The notes under the pieces were generated by a model. The model was not told the origin of the DNA, did not search any database, and saw only the letters and a list, made by a program, of their open reading frames with translations. Below are positions 19,273 through 26,985 of a stretch of DNA of 33,987 nt, piece by piece. This DNA comes from a virus (Duplodnaviria; Caudoviricetes): positions 1 through 33,987 of the IMG/VR virus record IMGVR_UViG_3300036394_000005; one strand, given 5' to 3'. The translations under genes and the position numbers were made by a program. Position 1 is the first letter of the stretch. Each line of letters starts with the position of its first letter.

Positions 19273-19316
19273 GGTCGGACCTTTGGTCAGTGTTAACCGG
19301 ACTATCGAAGCGAGCA

Positions 19317-19346
19317 ACTGACATCGACAAGGCGATGTGTGTCACT
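19317..19346 (-). promoter_or_regulatory. Putative late-promoter activator site, copy 2 (TGACA-N16-TGTCA)
   Basis: ACTGACATCGACAAGGCGATGTGTGTCACT; upstream of the head operon; candidate -10 GATAGT 11 nt downstream of TGTCAG on the - strand. Confidence 0.7.
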
Positions 19347-19490
19347 TCTTGGGAGAGGACTTCGACGACGAATTCATATGAATGCTCACGCTACCGACTC
19401 AAGATCAACGGTAACCGGTAGTTGGCGTCATACGTAAAAAGACATAGATTGCCACTCGGAGTCGTGGTCCACAACCATTGGAGGAGAGAG

Positions 19491-20948
19491 ATGTCTTACT
19501 TTCCAGCAGTTGCAAGTAGCCCTGTGCAACCCGTCACCTTCGGACAAGGACTCACCTTGTCGCTCGATAACTACTACGACCTTTTAAAAGCCAGTGTGGG
19601 GGGCCTAGCTGCAGACGAGTTTTTGCAGTTAAAACTTGTTGCAGACCCGGTCGCAATATCAAGCGTTAACTACAAGTGGTTCTCCTACTACCAACTCCTC
19701 CGCAGATCGGATCGAGCAATCGCTCCAACACCGGTCGACGGTGTTGTGATGACATCGGGCTCGTCACTGGCAGATGAATATGAGCGGTTTCTACTTCAGC
19801 TCCGGCAGTACGTGATAAAGGTCAATTTGACGCCGCAGCAGCAGAAGGATGCCGCTGATATCCAGGGAAACATTGAACGCTCAAAGGCGTTGCTATCGCA
19901 GTATCGAATGGCGGACATCCAGAATTGGATTGCCTTCGCAGAGGTAATGGGTTATGAAAAAGGCGACACCACCGCGTATTTGCAGTGGGCTGCAACCGCC
20001 GGGCACCAGCGGGAAATAGACAGCGAGATAAAAAAGCTGAATGGCTACTACTTCGACTTAAAAACTATATTCGACAAACAATGGCCGGAGCCCGCTGACC
20101 GGGAAATCGTTGAGGCGGACGCCGCATTTACCGATCCCGCGATGCGCATACGCTATCCAATTTGGCCGGACCGGGAGTATCCAAATGGCCCACAATTTAA
20201 TTTGACATATTTAGCTGGGCTACCTCTTGGATCGAATGCGCTGTTCGATGACCGAAGAGTAGTTACTTGGAACACGGCGCTAGACTACATAGAGTCGACT
20301 GGAGCCGGTGCGCTCTCCGCCACTTTTGATAGAACTACCTCAGAATCGAAGTCAATCTCCACTGACTGGAGTGGTTCTGCAAGCGGCTCCTATGGCTTAT
20401 TTAGTGCAAAGGCTAGCGCATCAGAACACAAAACCATCCAGGAGGACTTTAGCAAAGGCACAACTATCGAATTGTCTTCAAAGAGTGCGTTTAAGACTGA
20501 GATCATGTACCCAAAATGGTTCAAGCCAACACTTTTCGAAAACAAAAGAGTAATAGAAAATATTCGCGATTTCGAAAAATTCTTTGGCGAAAAAGGAACT
20601 TTAAAGTATTTTCCCACCCACCTAATTTTGGTGCGCGGCTTCAAGATTGTATTCAACTCGAGTCAAAACTGGACGTACGATTACAAAAGGAATTTCAGCG
20701 CTTCTGGGGGTGGCGGCTTTGGTGGATTCGGTTTCAGTTTTGGAGGTAAGGCTAGCTATTCAGAAGACGTCCATGAGCACAATGTCGACGTTTCGAATAC
20801 CAAACTAACAATTGCCGACGATGAGACCACCGTTCGGTTCGTCGGGTACACACTGAAGAAGGTCAGGGTATTCGAAGACGCCACTAAGGCCGCGACGTTG
20901 GCGGCTCTAGGGAGGACTGCTGCTGACTACTTAGGGGATGGTGAGTGA
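19491..20948 (+). CDS. Accessory (moron) protein, 485 aa, possible beta-pore-forming fold
   Basis: GGAGGAG RBS before ATG 19491; visibly AT-richer than flanks; antisense to phage late genes; two Ser/Gly/aromatic hairpin-like segments. The ORF is well supported; the function is an inference. Confidence 0.85.
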   Translation: MSYFPAVASSPVQPVTFGQGLTLSLDNYYDLLKASVGGLAADEFLQLKLVADPVAISSVNYKWFSYYQLLRRSDRAIAPTPVDGVVMTSGSSLADEYERFLLQLRQYVIKVNLTPQQQKDAADIQGNIERSKALLSQYRMADIQNWIAFAEVMGYEKGDTTAYLQWAATAGHQREIDSEIKKLNGYYFDLKTIFDKQWPEPADREIVEADAAFTDPAMRIRYPIWPDREYPNGPQFNLTYLAGLPLGSNALFDDRRVVTWNTALDYIESTGAGALSATFDRTTSESKSISTDWSGSASGSYGLFSAKASASEHKTIQEDFSKGTTIELSSKSAFKTEIMYPKWFKPTLFENKRVIENIRDFEKFFGEKGTLKYFPTHLILVRGFKIVFNSSQNWTYDYKRNFSASGGGGFGGFGFSFGGKASYSEDVHEHNVDVSNTKLTIADDETTVRFVGYTLKKVRVFEDATKAATLAALGRTAADYLGDGE

Positions 20949-21346
20949 CCCGGTGGGTGTCACTGAGCGTCTGGGTTCTTGGAATGGCGTTGGCCGGCTG
21001 CTCGACGATAGTCGTCCCCCTTTGCCCGAAGCTCCTAGACCCAGTAGGTGCGGTTGATGGTGTAAATCGATTCGTACTCCAACAGAGTCGACGACAAGGG
21101 GTGGAAATCGAACCGTTGTCGCCGTTCGTGGCTAGATTGCGAGGGTCTTATGCGGGTGTAAATAGGATCAGGTCTGACTACGGTTTTTTGGTATGCGCGT
21201 TCGATCCGAACGTTGTAATTCAAGATGAGGCGACCTTCATTCGCTGCGTGCACAACGTACCCACTTGGGTTGAGCGACTGAATTCGAAGGGACCCGAAGA
21301 ATTGATGTTGACGGAACTGAATTACTCGGGGACATGTGTTCCGTGA
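20945..21346 (+). CDS. Accessory lipoprotein, 133 aa
   Basis: GTGA-coupled to the upstream gene; signal peptide with lipobox LAGC (Cys19) and four further Cys. Confidence 0.8.
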   Translation: MTRWVSLSVWVLGMALAGCSTIVVPLCPKLLDPVGAVDGVNRFVLQQSRRQGVEIEPLSPFVARLRGSYAGVNRIRSDYGFLVCAFDPNVVIQDEATFIRCVHNVPTWVERLNSKGPEELMLTELNYSGTCVP

Positions 21347-21559
21347 TTCGAGTACGAGGCACATAGTCACCCTTCACACATTCGCTTTTTTCACCGCAAC
21401 CGTGTTGCGATATTAGATGCGTATCGTTAACGCCCCCTGTCGAGTGCAGGGCGGGGGAATTGCATGGCTCGTCGCGACCGCTTTATGCCATAAGCCGCAT
21501 CGGGCGGTCGCTCATTGGCACTAGACGTCAGATGGCGAGTGATTTCCAACGACACCCCA

Positions 21560-21862
21560 TCATTCTGTGGGGCTCTTGACGATCCGGTGCACCTGACGCT
21601 CGGAAAGCTCGTAGCGCCGCGAAAGCAGCTTCACCCGCTCCCCGGCCAAGTAGTCCCTGAAGATCCGGCTGTTCCGATTCCCATGCCCCTCCCCGCGGCG
21701 CTTCGCGATGAACACGCGGTCACCACCCCAGTCCGCCCGGATGCCGGCCTCTACGCCCTTCACCAATTCGGGCGTCAGTTCGCCTTTGGCTTCAGCAAGC
21801 GCCTCCTGCACTCGCCCAAGGATGTCGAGAATGATGTCGTTTTGGTTCGTGATGTTCACCAT
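21560..21862 (-). CDS. mor: Mor/C-family transcription activator
   Basis: WGGDRVFI..R.....RN..I...Y..G.....LSRRYELSERQVHRIV matches the Mu Mor/C family pattern. Confidence 0.88.
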   Translation of the reverse strand: MVNITNQNDIILDILGRVQEALAEAKGELTPELVKGVEAGIRADWGGDRVFIAKRRGEGHGNRNSRIFRDYLAGERVKLLSRRYELSERQVHRIVKSPTE

Positions 21863-23994
21863 GATCTAGCGGAGAAGGATTGACGGGAGGGACGTTGAAC
21901 GGTTCGGCGCGGCGGGGCCGGCTTCGTTGGTGCGACCGGCAGTAGCGCCGGTGTTGGCGATGCAGGAGGCGGTAGCGGTGGGCTCGCCAGCGCTGCGCTC
22001 GGCTCTGCGTCTGCTTGCTCGGAGGGTTGCTCAACCGATTGCGTTTCGCGTGGAACATCCGTCGGTGAAACCTCTTGCGACTGTTCCACGCGAAACAGAT
22101 CGCCATTCGGCGGCTGCACGATGGACTCCAACCGCTCCCACATCTTTCCGGTGTACAGGTGCAGCCCGAGCATGTGCGTGCAGAAGATCGCGTAGACGGT
22201 GCAGTCCAACGCCTCATTGCGCGCACCGGGCGACTTCATCCAGCGATAGGCTTCGCCGCCCGCCACGCGCTGCGGAACACGCGCCTCGGAGGTCAGTTGC
22301 GTGTAGAACTCGGGCGGTAAATCCTTGCTGAAGTGAACGAAGCCGGCGCCCCTCTTCTCGACGCAGAGGCGCCCATACATCAGATCCTTCGCCGTGTCGG
22401 TGCCCACATACCAGAGGCGAACGCCGCGCTTGATGATCTTCCCGCCCCAGTTCACGTCTTGAACGGTGGCCTTGCTCTTGACCATCTTGCTCGGCTGCGG
22501 ATCGCCGCGCACCGCGAAGACCCGTTCGCGCTCGCGCTGGCGGCAGTAGTTGTAGGCCTGGTGCGTGAAGTGGCCGCCGGTGTCCACGGCCATCGCTTCG
22601 ATCTTCATCGCCTGCCCGCTCTCGTGCTGGAAGATCGTCTTGCGGTAGGCATCGAGGTGTGACCAATCGCGCTCGTCGGCCGGGTTCGCATAGATCACGC
22701 TGTAATCGATGCACCACATTTCCTCGCCGCGACCAATGGCCCAGGTCACCAGCTCGAAGCGGTTGTCCTGCACGTCCACACCGGTGACCAGCACGAGGCC
22801 GCCATAGGGCACCGTGAAGCGGCGATAGCCCTCGGCCCGGCGCGACAGTGCGTGCTCGTCGGCGCGCTCGACCACGGCCTCCCAATACTGCGCGAGGGTT
22901 TCGTTCACGAAGCCTTCGAGCGGTGCCGTGTCCCCCGCCTTCGCCTTGATCGTGGCTTCGAGGAATTCGCGCACGATGTCGGACCATGCGCGCTGCGGGC
23001 TGTAGCCGCTCCACATCTCGACGAAGGCCACATGCCGCGGTGCGCGGATGACGACGCCTTGCGCATCGGTCCAGACGTGCAAGTCGTGGTCGTAGCGATA
23101 CCGGCCGCACTCGCTGACCCACATCGCCCGGGTGTCCCAGATCCGCAGGTAGTCGGCCTGCGTGATCGACTCGTGGCAGTGCGGGCAGACATGCCGCACC
23201 GTGTTGTAGTCGTGGCCGTCCCACTTGAAGCCGTGCCGCACCTTCTTGCTGCCCCAGATGAGCGGGTGCTCGGTATCGCAGTGCGGGCACACGATGTGAT
23301 AACGCATGCGCGCATCGGCGTTCTTCTCGCGCGTCTCGATGTGGTCGAAGTCCTTGATGCGCACGGTGCTGCCGGCGACCAGCTTCGGAAACGGCGCGCC
23401 TTCGAGCCGACCGCGCGCGAGCGTGATCGGGTCCGACGACTTCTCGATCTTCTGATCGAAGGCCGAGGCTTCGTCGAGCACCGCGACGGCCACGGTGATG
23501 CGCCGGTAGGCGCGTGCCGCCTTGCCGCCGAGCAGATGCAGCACGGAGCCGAAGAAGCTCTTGAGCTTCATCGTGTCGTCCTTGCCCGGCACGATGACCG
23601 CCTTCAGGGCGTCCACGTCGCGCAGCATCGGCTCGACCTCCGACTTCACGAAGCTGTCGCGGTCGTCGTCGGTGGGCATCCACAGCGCCTGCTTGCGGCG
23701 GCGGTGCGCCGCGTTGTAGGCGATGAAGGCAAGCAGCGTCTTGGTGTAGCCGACGCGCTTCGCCTTGCGCACCGTCACCTCTTCGATGTCGTCATTGCTG
23801 AAGGCGTCCATCCAGCCCTTCTGGAACGGATAGGCCTTCCATTCGCCCTGCGTGTGGCTGGCCTCGGGCGACAGATAGAAATTGTCCTCGGCCCAGGTGC
23901 TCAGCGGCTGCGGTCGCTCTATCTTGAGCGGCACGAGGCCCAACCTCACCGCCTGAACGATGGCGCGTTGCGTTTCGGTGGGCGCCAGGCTCAT
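21856..23994 (-). CDS. terL: Terminase large subunit (lambda GpA family) with Pro-rich C-terminal extension
   Basis: KAKRVGYTK Walker A variant, VLDE Walker B, two CPHC motifs, GVDVQ, VDTGG, RNEALDC. Confidence 0.96.
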   Translation of the reverse strand: MSLAPTETQRAIVQAVRLGLVPLKIERPQPLSTWAEDNFYLSPEASHTQGEWKAYPFQKGWMDAFSNDDIEEVTVRKAKRVGYTKTLLAFIAYNAAHRRRKQALWMPTDDDRDSFVKSEVEPMLRDVDALKAVIVPGKDDTMKLKSFFGSVLHLLGGKAARAYRRITVAVAVLDEASAFDQKIEKSSDPITLARGRLEGAPFPKLVAGSTVRIKDFDHIETREKNADARMRYHIVCPHCDTEHPLIWGSKKVRHGFKWDGHDYNTVRHVCPHCHESITQADYLRIWDTRAMWVSECGRYRYDHDLHVWTDAQGVVIRAPRHVAFVEMWSGYSPQRAWSDIVREFLEATIKAKAGDTAPLEGFVNETLAQYWEAVVERADEHALSRRAEGYRRFTVPYGGLVLVTGVDVQDNRFELVTWAIGRGEEMWCIDYSVIYANPADERDWSHLDAYRKTIFQHESGQAMKIEAMAVDTGGHFTHQAYNYCRQRERERVFAVRGDPQPSKMVKSKATVQDVNWGGKIIKRGVRLWYVGTDTAKDLMYGRLCVEKRGAGFVHFSKDLPPEFYTQLTSEARVPQRVAGGEAYRWMKSPGARNEALDCTVYAIFCTHMLGLHLYTGKMWERLESIVQPPNGDLFRVEQSQEVSPTDVPRETQSVEQPSEQADAEPSAALASPPLPPPASPTPALLPVAPTKPAPPRRTVQRPSRQSFSARSW
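22042..22097. other. Pair of parS-like 16-mers inside the 3' extension of terL
   Basis: CGTTTCGCGTGGAACA (22042-22057) and TGTTCCACGCGAAACA (22082-22097); 2 and 1 mismatches to TGTTNCACGTGAAACA read in the best orientation. Confidence 0.65.
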
Positions 23995-24542
23995 TCCGAC
24001 ACGTCCTCTTCTTCGTCATCGCCATGGTCATCGTCGCCATCACTCTCGACCTGCACGATGGCCTTGGCGACAAGGCGACTCGTCAAGCGGACCCACTGGT
24101 TGCGCGCATCGGCGAAGGCCGACATCAGCTTGTCGCGCGCGGTGTCCGGCAGCTCGGGGCACACCTTGCGCATCAGGCCGGGCAGTTGCTCGAAGCGCTC
24201 GGAAACGGCTTGGCTCGCGGTCGCGAGCACTTCAGCCAGGAGCGTGATGGGCGCGTACTCGCCGCGGGCGATGGCATTCTTGATCGCGATCCCGAGGCGC
24301 TGCTCGCGCGCGAGGGCCGCGCGCTCTTGCACGAGGTCGAGGCCGCCCGTCTCCGACGACGCACGGCCGGCAGCGATGTCGCGCATCCGTTCGCAGTAGG
24401 CAATCAGCCATTCGTGGCCGGTCTCGCCGCGCGTAAGCACGCCCTCGGCCATGAGCTGGCTCACGCGCGCTTCGCTGATGCCGACCCACGCGCCGAACTC
24501 GGCCTGCGAGATCGCCTGCCGCATTGCTTCGACGGCCTTCAC
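23991..24542 (-). CDS. terS: Terminase small subunit (Nu1-like)
   Basis: N-terminal winged HTH (SQAEFGAWVGISEARVSQL), ERAALAREQ coiled-coil, acidic tail; ATGA-coupled to terL. Confidence 0.9.
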   Translation of the reverse strand: MKAVEAMRQAISQAEFGAWVGISEARVSQLMAEGVLTRGETGHEWLIAYCERMRDIAAGRASSETGGLDLVQERAALAREQRLGIAIKNAIARGEYAPITLLAEVLATASQAVSERFEQLPGLMRKVCPELPDTARDKLMSAFADARNQWVRLTSRLVAKAIVQVESDGDDDHGDDEEEDVSE

Positions 24543-24579
24543 TTAACCCCCTTAGCGATACCGCGGAACAGTCCGAAGT

Positions 24580-24624
24580 CGGGGTTCGAATTACCCGTAA
24601 CGCACACCTCTGCGGAAGGACCCG
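24580..24624 (-). other. Putative cos site (cosQ-like GGGTCCT plus cosN-like dyad)
   Basis: - strand reads CGGGTCCTTCCGCAGAGGTGTGCGTTACGGGTAATTCGAACCCCG just upstream of terS; lambda cosQ is GGGTCCT and lambda has GTTACG immediately before its nick site. Confidence 0.75.
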
Positions 24625-24702
24625 TGCCCTTGGGCGCGGGCCGTGCCCCGAGGTGGTGCGAAGTGGGGCCGGCCTCGATGGGCGACATGGACACTGCCCT
24701 CG

Positions 24703-25488
24703 TCATTCGTCCACCATCTTTCTGATGCGGTAGCGGATGCGCCGCTCGATGTAGGGCTCAAGGTCGGCACGTTCGGCCACGCGCGCACGGCTGATGCGCG
24801 ACTCGTAGCTGCCATCGCGCACGAACATGAGCACGGGCCGCACGATGAAGCCGTCTTGCCCGGTCGCCGCCCAGATGCCAGGCGCGAGGTGCTGCGTGGG
24901 GCCACTGCGCAAGCGACCGTATGCGACGAAGAAGCGCACGCCCTCGCGGTCCTTGGTCCCCTTGTGCAGACGGGCCTTGCGCTTGTCCGTCATGTTGGCC
25001 TTGTAGCCCTGCTCTCCCATCGCTTGGAAGTAGGACAGCAGGCGCACGAGGAAGCCACCGCGCACGTTGCCCCGTCCGTCGTCGCTGCCGGGGAATGGCG
25101 TGGCGGGGATGGCCGTCTGATAGCCAGCGGGCAGGATGCCGATGCGGCGCAGCGCGGCCTCGCTGCGCTTGTCTCGACGCGCACCGCCGAACTCTTGCGC
25201 CTGGAGGATCTTCTGCGGGTCCACGCCCTTGCCACCGAAGTAGGTCGGCTCGATCTCTACGCTCAGCCGCTCAGGCGTGGCCTTGCGCACGTACACGCTC
25301 TTGAGGATGTAGGCGGTGGGTCGGTCGAAGTGCTCCCGCATCTCGCGCTGCCACTCTCGTCGCGCACGGAAGCCGCCATCGCTCAGGCCATCGGCATAGG
25401 CCTGCTTGGCCTGTTGGCCCGACAGCTTGGCGAGCTGCGACTGCACGCTCGCGAGGCCGGTGCCATTGAAGCCCACGGTCACGCGCAT
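24703..25488 (-). CDS. Basic phage protein (261 aa), possibly related to gpZ-like tail completion proteins
   Basis: Start MRVTVGF with GGAGG RBS overlapping the replication gene end; FDRPT.Y motif; Arg/Lys-rich. Confidence 0.7.
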   Translation of the reverse strand: MRVTVGFNGTGLASVQSQLAKLSGQQAKQAYADGLSDGGFRARREWQREMREHFDRPTAYILKSVYVRKATPERLSVEIEPTYFGGKGVDPQKILQAQEFGGARRDKRSEAALRRIGILPAGYQTAIPATPFPGSDDGRGNVRGGFLVRLLSYFQAMGEQGYKANMTDKRKARLHKGTKDREGVRFFVAYGRLRSGPTQHLAPGIWAATGQDGFIVRPVLMFVRDGSYESRISRARVAERADLEPYIERRIRYRIRKMVDE

Positions 25489-26414
25489 ACCGCCTCCCCT
25501 GCCTTCTCGACGGCACGCCTCACCCGTGCGGTGAACGCCATGTAGTTCTCGCCGCGGCCCACCGAGAAGGCCGCTTCGTCCCAAGCGGTGAGGCCGAGGG
25601 CGCGCGCCTTCGCGTCGATGCCGCTGCGCGTTTCCTGCCATGCGTCGTCGCGGGTGCCGGCGGCGGCACTGACGCCAGCGGCACGAGGCTCGTCTCGCCA
25701 CCGCTCATTGCGCAGCCAGGTCGCGAACTCGGGCACGAACTCGCCATCGTCCTTGGTCCATCTTCTGCTAAGCCTTTGGGCCTCGATGGCCGAGCGCATC
25801 GTCTGCTGCAGCGCGGCGGTGGGCGCAAGTCGGCGGTATCGGCGTTCTGCCTTCGCCCGGTTGTCGTGGTTCGGGTAGATCGAGAAAAGCGCATCGAACC
25901 CGCTCGCCCCCCCGCCGGGGGGTAGGGGGGATTGGTTCAATGATGGTTCTGAAGATTCGGGTGTCATAGCTGTGACACCCCTCTCGTCTCTGGTGACACC
26001 CCTCGCGTCCGTGGTGACACCCCTCCCGGGCTTGGCGACGGGTGTCAGATTGACACCCGTGTGGATAACTTCAGCTGGGGATTCATCGTCGAGGGGTGTC
26101 AAATTGACACCCCTCTCTGGTGTCGGCACTTCGCCGCCCTCGATCCATTCGGGACAGATGCGGTACTCGTTGGTGATGCCAGGCCGCCCGGTGGCGGAGC
26201 GGACCTGAATCAACCATCCAATGGCGACCATCCGGCGGATCTGGCGCTGCACGCTGCTGCGGCTCTGCATGGTCTTGCGGGCCAGCTCATCCACCGAGGG
26301 CCAGATGCGCCGGCCGTCGTCGCTGGCATGGTCGGCCATCGCGAGCGCAAGCAACCGCTCCATGCCGCCCGATGGATAGCGATCGAAGACCATCGACATG
26401 ACTTTGATGCTCAT
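25479..26414 (-). CDS. Phage replication initiator (N-terminal HTH, lambda O-like organisation)
   Basis: LLALAMADHASDDG..IWPSVDELARKT..SRSSVQR HTH; C-terminal F...YP....K.AE and P..ATWLRNERW motifs; internal iterons. Confidence 0.9.
   Translation of the reverse strand: MSIKVMSMVFDRYPSGGMERLLALAMADHASDDGRRIWPSVDELARKTMQSRSSVQRQIRRMVAIGWLIQVRSATGRPGITNEYRICPEWIEGGEVPTPERGVNLTPLDDESPAEVIHTGVNLTPVAKPGRGVTTDARGVTRDERGVTAMTPESSEPSLNQSPLPPGGGASGFDALFSIYPNHDNRAKAERRYRRLAPTAALQQTMRSAIEAQRLSRRWTKDDGEFVPEFATWLRNERWRDEPRAAGVSAAAGTRDDAWQETRSGIDAKARALGLTAWDEAAFSVGRGENYMAFTARVRRAVEKAGEAVCA
25959..26115. repeat. Replication origin: iterons plus DnaA box within the initiator gene
   Basis: GTGACACCCCTC at 25972, 25993 and 26014 (21-bp period); palindromes at 26038-26060 and 26091-26115; TGTGGATAA at 26060-26068. 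Confidence 0.85.
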
Positions 26415-26454
26415 GGGGTCGTGCGCCCTCCCCGCCCAGGTCGAACCGCTGCGC

Positions 26455-26985
26455 TCATGCCTTCGGTTCCTCCCGCATCAGGTCGCGCAGCATCGCCAGC
26501 GCATGCCCCACGCTGGCGACTGTCTCGGCCGCGTGGTACTCGGCCTTGCGCATCTGGTTGCGCGACACACCACCGGCGCGGCGGGTCAGTGCCTCGCCGA
26601 GCGCCTGCACGTAGTCGGCAAACGCCATCTGCAGACGCATCAAGGTATCGAGCGGATCGCCTTCGGAATGCGCTGGCGTCGAGCGGATGCAGACATGGCC
26701 CAGCTCGTCGGCCATGGCGTGCAGGATGCGGTAGTCCCGGCTCTGCCACTGCATCTCGGTGGCATCGCGCAGCGTGAGGTGATGGGTCGTGTTCTGCAGA
26801 TTGACCTTGTGGGTCAACGTGTTGGCGTTCTGGCCCATGCGCTTGGCAAGGGCAGCGATGCCGCCCTCGTAGCCGTGCGCGGTGTCATAGGCCGCTACTG
26901 CGGCATCGTGGCCGCGGAGCTTGGCGGGCACGGGCTCATCGGCGCCATAGCCGTGCGCCTCATCAATTGAGATATTCGTTCTCAT
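26455..26985 (-). CDS. cII: CII-like regulatory protein (P2/186-type phage regulatory CII family)
   Basis: GGIAALAKRMG....TL.HKVN.....HHLTL.DA......D.RIL.AMA.ELG pattern; downstream of cro. Confidence 0.8.
   Translation of the reverse strand: MRTNISIDEAHGYGADEPVPAKLRGHDAAVAAYDTAHGYEGGIAALAKRMGQNANTLTHKVNLQNTTHHLTLRDATEMQWQSRDYRILHAMADELGHVCIRSTPAHSEGDPLDTLMRLQMAFADYVQALGEALTRRAGGVSRNQMRKAEYHAAETVASVGHALAMLRDLMREEPKA

Noticed and set aside
19422-19490. Upstream TTG start for the moron ORF given in the track
   Set aside because: A strong GGAGGAG RBS precedes ATG 19491, which is the better start.
21440-21530. tRNA-like cloverleaf downstream of mor
   Set aside because: No T-loop GTTC or D-loop consensus and no proper acceptor stem; kept only as a generic dyad element.
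654-25545. Long + strand ORFs opposite structural genes (e.g. 654-1622, 2311-4275, 7178-9673, 15189-16955, 22852-24399)
   Set aside because: Antisense shadows typical of high-GC coding DNA; no motifs, and they overlap well-supported - strand genes.
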